Origin: Chrysomallon squamiferum
Lineage: Eukaryota; Animalia; Mollusca
NCBI GenBank assembly: GCA_012295275.1
Contig: CM022672.1
Coordinates: 2,604,001-2,668,000 of the forward strand
Direction: 5' to 3'
DNA length: 64,000 nucleotides
Within the stretch, counting starts at the first letter, position 1. Every line of letters begins with the position of its first letter. The notes beneath the pieces are model-generated. The model saw only the letters and a list, made by a program, of their open reading frames with translations. It made no database searches and had not been told where the DNA came from. Made by a program: the position numbers and the translations under genes. Shown here piece by piece: positions 1-14,923 of this stretch.

Positions 1-587
1 TCTGGGGACGGATCCTTGTTTTGAGTCCAAATTGGTAAAAACCTAAAAACGTAATCGGCCATAATTTGTTAAAACCTTACAACACGCTAACACTGTCTTG
101 GGAATATCTAGAAATAACGTGTCCAACACATGCGTGCTTCACAAAACGTTTCTCTGAAACTATCCCCTTTCACGTGACTAACTAACTTACACAAGTCATG
201 TCAACAAGCACTGACACTGTAATCGTTGCTAAACGCAGCCCAGTGCATACGACGCATCTTTTATTACGTGAGATACGTCATCATCACCATACAACGTCAC
301 CAACGCTTCCTTTCAGGCGTTCGTCGGGGTCACCCTTCCCGTTCGGTTGTGTGAACGAGTACAACGTGCGTGCAGTGTTACTTACATAGCTCGTTAAAAT
401 AGTGCCACTTTAATCTTGGCCAGTGTCAAAACAAACTCCACTCACGCAGTACTTCAAGCTGGCCAGTTATCTCAGAGTTTAATGCATTATGACTGGTATT
501 CGCTGATACTTTCTTTCTGCCTTGTTAACAGTGTCAGTGATTTTCAGGAAGGGAAGTGTGATACTGCTTCTTAACTAAATCACTACA

Positions 588-704
<117 letters not shown>

Positions 705-719
705 GGGGAATAGCATTAT

Positions 720-1200
720 AATGATGATGATGATGATTATGATACTCTTCTAATTTCAAATTTATTTTATATTGCTGCTAACAGAATAATAGTAGTAGTA
801 GATGCAGTAGTTGTAGTGGTAGTTGTTGTACTAACATGTAATAGCAGTAGATGTTATGGTAGAAATAGTAGTTATTGTAGTTGTTGTAGTAGTTGTAGTA
901 GTAATTCATTATTACTCTTTTTTCTAATAACTACCACTATTACTATTACTACAACTACTGCAGTTACTACTAATGCCACTGTTATGTTTACCTATTTATT
1001 GCCACTGTTTATATTACTATTAATAATAGAAATAATAAGAAAAAGAACAACAAGAACATGAAGAAGAAGGTCAACAACAACAGCAGCAGCAGCAACAACA
1101 ACAACAACAGAAGAATGACTGCAACAACAAAAATCACAACACTATATTAAAGAAAACAAACAACAACAAAATTACAATAACCGCAATAACATACAATAAA
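720..1200. repeat. Degenerate trinucleotide tracts (GTA/GTT, then ACT, then CAA/CAG)
   Basis: Direct reading. Confidence 0.85.
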
Positions 1201-1798
1201 GTCAAGATGACAAAGCTTATTTCTGCTAACACAGAATATCTATATAATTAGTAACGTTTTGACGCCACAATCTCCTGTTATGTTCACGATCTGTGTTGCT
1301 TAGGGCAGTATTAAAACCGCTTCAGCCACGTGGGTCTTCGCACGTGTTTGGAAATTCTAACGACTTCTACAAATTGCTTCTGGGGGCATATTAATGCAGT
1401 GAAGCGTGCTTCTCGACTACCAATTTGCAAAGGCGTCTAAAGCTTCGTCAATTTTTTTTTTTTTTTTTCCTTATTCATTTATTTTCCTTCCTTTTTTTTT
1501 TTTTATATTTCATTTGTGATCGTGCAAATTAATGCTTCGTTGAAGGAAGCAGAAGAGGTGATATCATTTCAAGAGAGCAAAATAACCTAAAAAAAAATTG
1601 ATCTGCGACCTTTCTTTTAGTTTAGTTGCAATGAAACGATAAAATGTTTTCGTGGTTTGATTTTGAATTTTTTTTCCCCCGATTTCAGCAACACTAGTGT
1701 GTTTGATTAAAACAATGCACTGGAACGAGCACAATTTTCCGCTATAACGGGGTTAAGTTTGAGATTAACTGTTGCCTGTTGAGGTTTACGTCAATCTT

Positions 1799-1832
<34 letters not shown>

Positions 1833-2342
1833 TGATTGCTAATGAAACTGATATGTGAGCTTGGCATTTCATCTTACTAAACTTAAAAAAAACAAAAGAA
1901 CTATAATAATTAAAAAATGAAAAAATGAAAAATAATGATTAAAAAAAATAAAAACATAAAAAACAAACGAACAAACAAATAAATAAATAAATAAATAAAT
2001 AAATAAAGGATAAATATCACTGAAACATAAATATCTTTTTTTTTTCTTTTTTAAATTGTGCACCATTACGAGAGATTGTTGTTACTGTTCTGACTTTAGT
2101 ATTATTGTTATTATTGCTTTTTTTAATATACATTTTTTTTTCTTGGTTGTTGTTGCTGTTTTATCGTTGTTGCTTGTTTAGTTATCATTCCCACAGTTTA
2201 GACAATACAAAATTAATTGCATACATAGCGTATGTTACAGGTCTTTATATGAAAAAAATAAATATATAAAAAAAAATAGCTGCAACAATTAAAATAATAA
2301 TAATAATAATAATAATAATTGGCGTGTAATAAACAAAAACAT

Positions 2343-2400
2343 ATCAGTAGCATAGTACTCACTGAAGGCGCTGTAGTTCTCAGGATCAATTCTACACGCT
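2343..2400 (+). mobile_element. Highly decayed tRNA-derived SINE 5' head fragment
   Basis: tcagtagcatagtactcactgaaggcgctgtagttctcaggatcaattc resembles the A-box to B-box head of molluscan tRNA-SINEs (recalled consensus, not searched). Confidence 0.35.
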
Positions 2401-2719
2401 GCGTCTTTTTGTTTATATCCAGTTCAGAGATTACTGCGTTGGAATTAATAATGAATATTTCTGTTTTTTTATATATATATATAATTTACATTTAATTATA
2501 TTTTTATTTGTATATTTGTTTTTATTTCCATAGCTGTTTGTTTATTTTATATACTGCATGAAAAAAGAGAAGAAGACGGAAAAGAAAAGATAACATGATC
2601 ATTTCTGAACGATATTTCCAGTGACTAAATCGAAGACTGCAGCTAGCAGTTTTAGGTTTTATCGGCAGGAATTAACATTAATATATATATTTAAAAAAAA
2701 TACTCTTAAAAGTCTCCAC

Positions 2720-3185
2720 AGTGACATTAGAAAAACAAACAAACAAAAAACAACCAAAGAGAAATTAAATATCTTGTAAAGAAAGTTTCAGAATATGCTG
2801 CCATTTTTAAGAAAGAAAGAAAAATAAAAGTATGGTATGTATCAGCCTTGAGATATTCGATACAAGAATAGAAAAGAAAAAGGTAAACAAACAGATAAAT
2901 ACAGAGCGAAGTGAACAGAGAGACAGATACAGAAAGACAGTTATGGATGTAAGTAGCGAAACAAAGATAGATTACAAGAAAGAGAGAGTGAAAATAAAGA
3001 ACGAAAGAAGAAAATGAAAGAAAATGAAAGACAAAAAACAACATAAAAGAATAAAGAAAAAATAAAATAATGAAATAAACAGAGCAAACAGAAATAAAAA
3101 AATAAATATAAAAACAACCAAAAAAAAAAAAACAAAGGCTAGAAACATCAAAACAAAACAGAAAAACAATGAATGAAATAATATA
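2720..3185. repeat. Purine/A-rich low-complexity tract
   Basis: A/G-rich; generates the F/L/I-rich spurious minus-strand ORFs. Confidence 0.85.
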
Positions 3186-5000
3186 TTCCATTACACGTAT
3201 CCTACTTTTGCTGCAAGAGTTCTTTCGATAACAATCTCCGATAAAACTTTTTTTTTTTTCTTTCTGTTTACCATTTAGTTACTTTTAGAAGATCTGTTTA
3301 CTGTTAAAAAATGTGGTGCAGAGATCAGGAATAATTAGCACAGAGTGTGAGAATCAGCAGTGATGTGCAAAAATAATCTTCTTCATTTTTTTTTCAAAGT
3401 TTGATGTAAACTGAACAGCAGGTGCGTAATCTTGTGAGATCGCAACATATTTTATGTACGTGTATGTGCATACCTACAATTATATGTACACGCACAGGCA
3501 TACACACAAACTATGCACACACTAACATATATATATATATATATATATATAATGTGTCAAGACAGAGTATCATCACATGTATAAACTGTTGTTTTCGTTT
3601 TTGTTATCGTTATTAATAATATAAAAGTTATTTATTTATTTATTTACTTATTTATTTATTATTATTATTATTGTTGTTGTTGTTGTTGTTGTTGTTACAG
3701 CTGTTGCTGCTGCTGCTTCTGCCGTTGTTACTATTACTATTTTATTGTTATCATATACAGTATTAATAGAGGTATAATATTGTTGTGGTTGTGGTAATAG
3801 TAATAGTAGTAGCAGTTTTATTAATAGAAAAATAATATCAGCTGCAGTACTAGTATCTGTAATACATGTAGTTGTAGTAGTTGTAGTAGTTGTAGTATTT
3901 GTAATAGTGATGGTTGTAGTAGTGGTGGTAACTGTAGCAGTAAAACAGTAAAACTGCTGGACCTTTACTGGAATTTAGGCTTACAGGTTAGAGTGAATAT
4001 TGCAGTCAATCCATTTCAGCAAATATGAAACCAGCAATATTGGCTTCACTTGAAATTAAGAGACTTCAGAAAGTAAATATGTTGCTAAATGTTAGGCAGA
4101 ATCGTTACCGGCAATTTTCTGTCGTATGCCGGTTTGTAATAGGATATAAATAATCAAACTCAGCTAAGTGGAGCCGAGTAAAGCCACGCACATACACTTC
4201 AACCAAACACCTGCTAACTCCTCTGGTGAATTATCTGCTTACAAAACCGATTTAAGAACCAATTTGCTTCTCTGTCTCTTCATACAGACGCAGAAACCTG
4301 TGCTGCTGCTGCTGCTGCTGCTGCTACGGTTGACGGTGTTGTTATTGTTGTTGCTTGCTGCAGTTCGTGTTGCTGTGTTATTCAGAGTTGTTGTATTATT
4401 TTGCTTGTTTGTTTGAGGTTCTCTATTTATTTTTATTTTCAAATTTTTTTTTCCCCGGTTTTGTATTTTTATTTTTATTTCTGTTTTTCTAAGACTTGGA
4501 ACGTTTTCATTTTGCACCTGAAATCTATTCATTACTTCTTTTTTTTCCAGTTTGTCTCAGAGGATGTGAACCTATCTCTGTTTACTCTGGCCGTCGTTTC
4601 TGCGTATTTTGGGAACATGCCAGACCTATAAATCTTGCTTTTAAAAAAAAATTAAAAATAAAATAAAATTTAAAACGTGCATTTTGCGTCTTGTTATTAC
4701 ATTTTTGTCTTTAAACACTGGTTTTATTATTATCATCACTGTTATTATTAGAGCCAGTTCGCCGCACCTAGGTAAGTAGGTCGTACAGTGTGGTATAACG
4801 TGATGACGTTATTCTGATCTAGAACACTGAGTCTTTTTCATCAATAGTCATATTTTCCTATCGTAAGATGAACGTTTTTCTAATTTTTATAAGGAACGGC
4901 TATAATACGTATTCTAATAATATTCATTATTATTTATTTATTTATTTATTAATTTATTTATTTTTAGTCCTTTTTCAATCTTTTGTTAATAGACCATGAT

Positions 5001-5004
<4 letters not shown>

Positions 5005-5070
<66 letters not shown>
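5005..5070. repeat. (CT)n microsatellite
   Basis: Direct reading. Confidence 0.98.
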
Positions 5071-5073
<3 letters not shown>

Positions 5074-5347
5074 GCCTCTCGCTATAACTTAACAAAGTAT
5101 AATAAAAAAATATAAGTGCATTAATAATTATTTGTAACTAAAAATAATAAACCCTCTCTGTATATATGTGTATGTGTGTGTGTATATACAAATATATAAT
5201 TCTTTTTTCCTGTGTATGGATTCTTAATCATTTCAAAGACTATGTTGCTGAGTTTCTTGTTAATGCAGTGGTCAAAATGTTCCCTTTCAAGTTTTCCATT
5301 TCTCAAATATCATCCGGCAACCAGCGAAAGTATCAAAATTACCTCCT

Positions 5348-5537
5348 TGTTTATCAGGACTGTTAAGAAATTGTAATCACTGTAAAACTACTTGTCTGAC
5401 TATTGATTACTATACTTATACCATTTAAAACGGGCAGGCATTGTTTTGTTTCATCAGGACTGTCAAGAAACTGTAAAACTATTTGTCTCGTTATTAATTA
5501 CCAAACTTATATAACTTAAAATGGGTAGGCATAGTTT
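5348..5537. repeat. Diverged tandem duplication, about 99-bp period, 2 copies
   Basis: tgttt(c)atcaggactgt(t/c)aagaaa...ctgtaaaacta(c/t)ttgtct...aaaa(c/t)ggg(c/t)aggcat starts at 5348 and again at 5447. Confidence 0.9.
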
Positions 5538-5862
5538 GAATGTTTGTTTGATTGCTAGTGTTATACTTTTGTTTGTTGTTATTAGGTGGGGGGGTTGCCT
5601 GTGTTTATTTGTTTGTTTATTTGTTAGTTTTTTCTCTTCTTGTTGTTGGTTCTATTCCAAACCTCATCTGAAATATTAATTTAACTTTTTCTCTTACATA
5701 CTAAAAAAAAAAAGAAATTTAATTACTTACTGGAAGATTACTCATTCCATTCTCTAGTTTATCACCTCGAGCATGCGTATTCAGTAGCATTTCGCACGGA
5801 CTAGGATATTATTATTTTCCCCAATCTTTATTCCTCTGTGGCAAATATAGATAGAATAAAAA

Positions 5863-5894
<32 letters not shown>

Positions 5895-8800
5895 TTCCTT
5901 TTTGCTTGTCGTTTCGAAATATATATTTTTTCTTACAGATTAATAGAAAATAACTGCTGACCGTATCGTGGCATGTACCTAATTAAAACACACACTAACG
6001 GATTCAAACAGAACTTGAAATAAAAATCGATACAGTGAAAATAAATGGATGTATTTACCGGCCATAAATCGTTTTTATTACTTTGCTTGTCTTCTTGTAC
6101 GATGGCAAAACTCATGAATTATGAAACAGCACAATGTTTTGATTTCTTATCTCTTCTGTAAATGTATCGGGTTATGTTTGTATTGTTATTTTATATTACC
6201 ATCATCGTCGCATTATTACAGTTACTGTTGTAACTGTTTTATGACTTCACATATTTCTCTATCTGATGACATTTTATTTTCAAATGTTGTAAATAATATG
6301 TTGGGCTTTTATTTATTTATTTATTTATTTATTTATTTGAACCCTTTAAAACAAAATGATGAAGGCGGGGAATCAAGTATATATTACATATATTCTGAAA
6401 TTATTTTCGTGGCACTTTCATCTATTTCATTATCAAGTTAATTGGGGTTTTTTAAATTATCGTTTGCTTAAAACGTTTGTGCTTACACATAAATCCATTC
6501 CTCTGACAGTTAAAAGTGTTAATAAGAACAGAAACAACATTTGAAACCAGAGAGCTTTTACAAAACGGTCAATCTCCGCTTTTCAATCCCACCTTTTCAA
6601 TTATTAGACTGACCAGCTGGATGCATAAACGTAAATTCGTCTGTAATGATGATTGCAGGCCGATTTGTCCACCATCTGAATGGAATTCGATATGAAATGA
6701 ATTCACAACAGCAATAATTATAGCAGAGCGGTTTCGTGTAGTTTCTAATCTCAAATGTTTCCAGAGGTCGGTTTTTTGATCGCGTATATTGATTACATAT
6801 CGCTTTTATAAAATGTTGTTGTTTTTTTTTTCTTTTCTATCTGTTTACAATGAAAGGTATTATTATCACTTTAAAAAAAAAAAGCACTTAACTAATTTCT
6901 TTTTGAAGTAATTTTATCAGTCAAAAGAATACGTTTAGTAATGAATATCTGTCTAAGGTGTGGCTAAAAGTTAAGTGAATCAATCTATAATGAAAATGTT
7001 TGCTTTTGGCTTGAAGTATTTGTCTTGAGCAGAATTAAAAGATAAAGAAAAACAGAAAAAATGTTTGTGCGTTTATTTACTTATGATGAGCTTAAAACAT
7101 TTTGACTGACACTGAAATATCGTGGAGATGGTGCACTGGCACGAACTTCGGTTTAGACAATAATTATTATAATAAAATATGACAGCTCATAAATACATGC
7201 ATAAACTGAACAAAGTAAATATTTCACAGACAACCTGAATTCTATATATCTAAAAAACTGTTTCTTTTTGTTGTTTTGTTTTTGCTTTTTGCTTTTTCAT
7301 TTAAAAAAAAAAAAATTAATTTTTTTTTCATTTTATTTATTTATTTTATTTATTTTTTTTTTTTTTTTTTGTTGATTTTTATTTATTTATTTGTTTGTTT
7401 TAGTCTGTAGTTTTAAAATTTTTATTATTGTAGATAAATTTAACGAGAAAGAATAAAATTAAATAGCCACGTTCTATACAGCTGTACTATGTTAAACTAA
7501 TTAATTCACTTTCGTACGTATGTACTACGTATTGTTGTCTACTACCGATGTTATCAGGGAATATATAAGGAAATTACACAGAAAGTTGATATGTTATATT
7601 GTTTTCTCTTATCAACAATAGCAACACAGAATATGATATCCTGTCACAGTTTTAATGTGTGTGTCTATATATATAGCTGTATATGTATATATATCTGTGT
7701 CTGTCTGTGTATGTATGTATGTATGTATATATGCATTTATTTATGTGTATATATTTATATACGTATGTATGCCTTTATGTGATTGAGTATGTAAGTATAT
7801 ATATATATATATATATATATATGGGGTGTGTATCTATATGAATGTAGATATATATTTTTCTATCTATTTATATATGTTATTGTGAAACATTCAAAAATTA
7901 TGTGTGATAAAATCATATTTAGAAAACCCAACATTCGTTTCTTTACTGTGTCAACGGCGGACAAAGTGAGCTGGCTCAGCAGATTTTCTCGAAGCTTAGT
8001 GAAGACGTAAAACAAAGTTATATCACCATTACTGCTAGCCGTGGTGTCCATCCGGAAAACCAGTAATCACCTGAATGTTAAGCTGGGCAGTGAAACAAAG
8101 CCGCCATCTGTTGCAGTATCTTTCCTCTTTGATGTCTGGGTCGCCCCTAACACTAACTACAGCTTTTCATTTGAGGAACTAAAACGGAAAAAAAAAAAAA
8201 AAAAAAAAAAAGAGAGAAAAAAAAAAGAAGAGATGATAACCGAAAGATTTGCACGGCTGACCGCCTATCTAACATTCTGAGTATTTCTTTCAGGCCGTTG
8301 AATACACACGGGGGTTTGTTCCCAAAGACGCCTGCTAGAATTTCTAAAGGAAAGTCTCCCGAGGCAGGATGAGATCGACCTCCCTGGTGGTTTCTCTATC
8401 GTCTTCTCGCGCTCAGAAGTGTTCGATTCGCCGACCCCAGCCGAGATAGCGGCCAAGATTGCACACTTGAACCATAAAAAGTATTTCATACCAGAATATT
8501 TTAGGACAGAAATATTTTTAACAAAATCAGTCAAAGACTTTCTTTCTTCTTTTTTTTTAAAGTTTTTAAGCCTTCTTGCTAGATGTTGTTTTAGAAACAG
8601 ACGATATAGTTATTATTAATCAGTTAATTTTACTAAAAAAGAAATATGTATATATATATATATATATCCTTGACATGGTGATTAACCATTTTATAAGATT
8701 ATGAGGTTGCAAACGTATCATTCGTGTTCTGATAAAAATAACACAGAGAGAAAAATCCTCTACAGATATTCCGTTCTTTTTCTTGAAGCGGTTATCACTT

Positions 8801-9439
8801 GGAAATACAACACAGGTTCTGCTGTACTAATCAAACATACACCGGCTTGATGCAGTGGGCGGGACCAGAAGAAAAAGAAAAAAAAAGATTGATCTGGAGA
8901 AATACCGTGCCTGGGGGTATCTCACTTTGCAACTGACCCATAACTTTCCCTCCATGACAAATCTCTATTCAGAGATACAAAATTAAAGAATGTTTTTCAA
9001 AGGCAGTGTCAACAGAAAGTTAATAGAAGGGGAAAAAAAAGAGGAATATTTGCTTAATTAAAAATTCACCATGTTATTTATTATTTGTCCAGTTCAGTTT
9101 CAACCTTGAACGGTCCAGCGCACTTTGTATTTCGAACATTAAAGATAGATGTCTTCACAGGCACGTTTTGTCGATTTTTTTTAAAATATGGTCTTGACAG
9201 TATTTCATCCATGACCTTTCACGCTTCATTTCCTAACGTAAAAAAAAAGAGGATAATTTGATAGAATGAAAAGAGAAACGATCGCTAACTTCTTTCCTGC
9301 ATTTCCCATTAATTACTTTTATACCAGTGAAGAAATTATCATACATCACTGAACGTTCAGAGTGCTCCATGGACTGATGATGAAGCGTTATGTACAGATG
9401 ACTGACCAAGAAAACACATACGCAATATAGAAAAAAAGA

Positions 9440-9730
9440 AATGTTTTTAATTAACTACACGAACACATCCACACACACACACACACACACACACAAACGC
9501 AAGCACACATACACATACACACCTGTGTATATATATGCAGTGTGTATCTATTATGTATACCATATAAACATAGATACACACATACATACACATATACATT
9601 ACATGGTATGTATGTTTGTATGTACATATGTATAATGAATAAACGTTTATGTTTAGTCTTGTACAAGGGTGTATGTACACAAATATGTATAAATGTGTGA
9701 ATGTATGAATGCATTTATGTATACATGTAC
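9440..9730. repeat. (CA)n/(CATA)n followed by complementary (TATG)n-like tract
   Basis: Direct reading. Confidence 0.85.
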
Positions 9731-12700
9731 AGTAACCTGAGTTACCAAATATAAATTTGTGTTACACCTGAAGAATCAGTCACGTGGGTTGTGAGCTTGT
9801 AACGCGAAAACGGATTAACTGAAACTATTCAGCACGAATATTTACTGTAACTAAAAATATATTTCTCTTTCTTGTTTTCTTTTCTTTCTTTTCTCGCTTT
9901 CAGTTTTAGTCTTTCTTTCTTTCTTTCCTTTTTCCACTCTTTCTCTATTTATATATTTATTTCTGTTTGTCTCTCCTGTATCTCTCTCACACACACTTTC
10001 TCTCTTTCTGTCTGTCTGTTTGACTCTCTCTGTCTCTCTCTTCCACATACACACACTCACAAACACTCTTTTCTCTCCCAACGTCTTCATCAACAGTTTT
10101 ATATAATTTTGTTTTCCACCGATTTTCTTTAAAACTCTTCTTTAAATAACAAAACGGATTTACATTATCAACCATTGATCTGACGTTTTGTAATTCACCG
10201 CAGATACTCAACATCAACACACCGAGAATTAAAAAACAAGAAAACACGTTTAACTTTTATTTACATTACAAAAAAAATATATATTTCTTGTCATTTCTTT
10301 TTTCACTGCCTTTCATCTCAGTGAGACTGGGCTTCAGTTCCAAATTCGCGGTCGTACGTAGGAGCTCATTTAATCATCCAATTGAACGGTCGCATTACCT
10401 CTGCCGCATGTTAACAAACAACCCGATTGAAAACTTGTTCGGTCAGAGAGAGTAAACACAAAAGAAAACCTCTCTCGTTTCTTTGTGTTTATTGGCGGAA
10501 AGCAAATTACTTCGTGTTTATTTTTCGGCTTTCGCAACCACATCTCAGAATTTAAATCCAAGCTAACAATGCGCCACAGTGTTGCTGACGTTGTTCTCTC
10601 CGTGGCTGTAAAACATCGCTGCCTGATGATGGTTGTATCGATTTGTGCGTTGTTTGCACGTCGCTGACGTATTTAGATTTTCCGATTCGTCACCAAAAGT
10701 GATCGGAACGGATACTGGAAATGAATCAATTTGCTAACTTAAAAAAAAAAGAAAAAAAAAAGTAATGAATAGAAATAAAAAATACACTTAGGTAAATAAA
10801 ACAAATAAAATGTCTTCCGAATTACGTACAGAGCAGTAATGTCGGAGGTATACACAGCTTGTTTCTTTGAGCTGGATTTTAAAACTGTGATTAATTATGT
10901 TGTAATCAGAGAGTAAGCGCTGCAGCATGACAAAGATCATTGTCATCAAGGCTTGCAGTGATCAATACTCCACGATGTGTTTATATTTCCCCCGTTCAGA
11001 CTGAACTCGATCATTACGCGCTAGCTCTGCTGGTGGAAAGTGCTTTTACAGAACAGTTCTATCTACGGAGGGTGCTTAACTGTCGAAAGACATTTTTTTA
11101 CCTTGTCTGCAAAGAGGTGCTTATTACAAATATCATTTGCTAAGAGTTGGAACAAGCCACAAAATAACTGCGGAGAGTTTGCTCTGATATCGTTAGCAGC
11201 TAATAGAAAATTTTGATAATCACTGCAGGCTACTGGTTAATCTAGATCATCTTTATTAAATACTAGATCAGCTGATCGTTTAAATAACTTTCTGATAAAA
11301 TAGTTGTTTTGTTAAGCCTTTTGCGCTTCTGTAGGAATGTGTGTGTGTGTTTTCTCTCCTTTGTAAATTAATTAGATTAGAATCCTTGAAACAATGCCAT
11401 TGCCTGTCATCTTTGTCATAATGAAACAGATATTTTGTAAAATTGTTATGCCATATAATCGCAATCACTTTGAAATAATACTACAAAATACAACTGAAGC
11501 AGAAACTTATTCCTGTAGAACTAACTAAAGTGTTTAAATCCTAATTAACGTTCTTATAATCGTAAAATAATTTAGCTAATGAAACGTAAACTAACGCGAC
11601 TCATGTTAACTGTTCACGTCATTATTAAATTATTCAAACAAATACCGATTTATTTCCAGTTCCAACAACAACGCCAGAGCTGATCTTAAAAGATAACTTC
11701 TGCGACTTGTATTGAGGAAATTATCTAGTTACCAACAACAATTTTGCAGCTGTCACACAATAATGACAAAAATATTTGCACGAACCGAGTCTTTTTCACT
11801 TGCTCGTTCGTCAATGACCTGCGCTGTAGTCCTTGACATCAATTATTGTAACACTGTTGAACTCGAGGTGGGATCCACGCACCATATGCTGCTATCAGAT
11901 TAAATATTAATTATCACAAAAACGCGGGGACTTGATATGCAGGGACCCGAAACAAGTGTGACGTTAAGAAACACAAAAGGTGCACGATAAAAACGTGGAA
12001 AACTCAGCGGTGGCTGACAAACTGATTTGGCATTTCCTCCAAGTCGCGAGTGTTTTACGTTTTGTTAACCGTTCAGCTGAGACGTGGCAGGAGCCAGGAT
12101 CAGTCTTCCCTGGTGCAATCATTTACCTTCTTCCTTGTTCCAAACACTGCCGTGCCATTGGTGTTTCAAATGTCATTGTGTGTCTTTCAATGCCTCTGCG
12201 AAGGTTTAGGTAAACTTAGATGATTGCCGTAGTTGATCAAGAGTTATGTGTATGGTACAACGACAGTGAATTTTCCTCCGTTTCATTTTATCACTATATA
12301 AAATTATATATTTCATTCTTAATAAATGTTAATATTGAAAAGCACTAAAGATGAACAAAATATTCTTTCAGTCAAATGCTTATAATTACATCAAGAATGT
12401 TATCTTAGTGCTTGTTATGTAGATTATCAAAGGTTATTATCCATAGAGAATTATCGTTGTTGAGTTGTAAAAATCACAGCTAAAATAAATTTCTTCCCAC
12501 TATACACGACACTGTTCATCTCATTTACAGCTGTTCGTATTTTTAACTGTCTGTCATTGCCGCTTTACTTGGAGTATTTTTTAGTACCAAACGCAGAAAT
12601 TCTTTTCATTTCAGACATGTATACTCGGTATCAGTAATTTAAAAACGATAGAGAAAACAATCATTGTAGTTTTATTTTATAAAGGAATTAAAGTTGGGGT

Positions 12701-13022
12701 GTCGGGGGGTTATGGTCAAAAATACATTTCAAAATAGCGTGTTTTGCCGGCCTACTTAATTTAGATTTATGCGAAAAAATTGCTTGTTGCATATTGTCAT
12801 TTTATTTATCAGTGAGAGAGACACTTGATTAGAAACAGAATAAATACATAAGTAATGACTCGAAGGTCAGAAATGTTGTTTAAAGGTGCAATGATTCGTG
12901 CATTAATGTATATAGTACAGCTATTAACCACGCAGGACACCGAATACCCAGATGTATCCAGCAAACAGAAATTTGAAACTTTGTGTTATCTACTGACCAC
13001 GATAAAATATGTGTTTTATTAA

Positions 13023-13027
<5 letters not shown>

Positions 13028-13116
<89 letters not shown>
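13028..13116. repeat. (CT)n microsatellite
   Basis: Direct reading. Confidence 0.98.
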
Positions 13117-13120
<4 letters not shown>

Positions 13121-14291
13121 ATGTATAGTATATATACGTATGCAAATATGTGTGCACGCGTGTGTATATGTCTGTACTTAGTCGCTTTCTCTCTTCATCT
13201 ATCTATTTATCGGTCTTTCTCTCTGTCTGTCTGACTGTCTATCTTTCTATCAGCGTATCTTTGTCTCTCTTGGTGCATGTCTGCAATAGTTTTATAAATT
13301 GCTGTATACTTAACGAAAAACACGTACACTACATCACCAGACTCTGTCACTGAAATCACTTCTTGTACCCTTGTGCAACTGCACACAGTGAAGGGTTTAA
13401 AGTGTTTCAGATGCCTTCTGTCGATAAACGAAATGTTTTAGCTTCAGCGCCACGCTCCGAAAGGAGCTGGATGGCCACTCTAATGAGAAAAAGGAGCACT
13501 TGCCTTTCACTTTAATTGTTTAACATATGGAATCTCAAATTGGCTGTGCGTGCGTTATACAAACTATCCTGGCTCCCTTGGTCCTCATTGCTTTGGTTCA
13601 TACGAAGGTCAGATGCTGAAGAAAGGGGAAAAAAATAAAAATAAACGGAAATTGCGTTCTCGAATACACAGAAGCTGTAAATTTTTGGAGTGGCCATGAT
13701 GCAGAGTTTCGCGAGTAAAATCCAAATAACTTAGTAAGTGGATGACAGATGATGGTTGTCTTGTTGTAATTGAAGTTTCTAAAGAACGTGATGTTTTCTC
13801 AAAGATGTTTAATTAGAAGCGACACTCAAAGACCGAAATGCTTCGATTAATGTGGAGAAAGAAGAAAGAGCGAGCTGAAGAATGAAACTGAAGAGAATAG
13901 GTTAATGCTTTAATTCTGAAAACAGCTGTAAAAGTTCATTTTCAGTTCAAAAGACTTGTGGTGCTTTTTTAAATTCTAAATTGTTTACGTCAAATTTCAT
14001 TCATTTTACTTTCTTTTCTTTTGTTTGTTTGTTTGTTTGTTTTTGAGTTTTTTTTTCTTATTTATTTATTTAATACTTTCTCTATTAATTAACGTCTCTT
14101 CTTATTTTTTGTATGTATCTGAATCTGTATCTGTGTATGTATGTATAAATGCATGTATGTATCTGTGTATCAGAGTATGTGTGTAAATATCTGTATAGGT
14201 ATGAATGTTGTATGTATATATGAATGTATGTATATATCTATGTCTGCATGCATGTATGAATCTAAAATGAACTTTGCTCAAAGAACAAAAA

Positions 14292-14322
<31 letters not shown>

Positions 14323-14757
14323 TATTATTAAAATAATGGAATGAAACGGAACAAATCACACATACCACAACAAATTCCTAATCCCATTCTTAATAAATAT
14401 CGGCGTACACCTACATCTAATTTATTATCTGATTCCGTGCTTATGATCGTTAAAATACGGGACAAACAGCAGGTGAAAAAATCTATACGATTTTCGATCG
14501 AAATTACTGAAGACATGTCAGGACTTGTTGGCTACACGATTAAACACTAAGAAGAAAAAATACTTCTGCGTGACGTTTCAAACTGTCACACCGTCACCTG
14601 CAGACCACTTTATGACGAAATACCTATAGGTGAAGCGTAGGCGTGACACTGCAGAACGCACAAACAACACGAGGTTTGCAACCGCTCAGCTTACAGTGCT
14701 GAAAAGAAGTAAACTTTGGCGCATGCATATATGCATGAATAGATCCTTGCATACGTG

Positions 14758-14797
<40 letters not shown>

Positions 14798-14855
14798 CAT
14801 ACATAGAAATACATTCATTCATACAGACATATATACATTATCATCATTATCATCG

Positions 14856-14857
<2 letters not shown>

Positions 14858-14922
<65 letters not shown>
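14858..14922. repeat. (TAT)n microsatellite
   Basis: Direct reading; source of the poly-Tyr ORF. Confidence 0.97.

Positions 14923-14923
<1 letters not shown>

Noticed and set aside
10680-10708. miR-153-like string gtcaccaaaagtgatc in a small hairpin
   Set aside because: The 5' seed (TTGCATAG) is absent and the hairpin is far too short for a pre-miRNA
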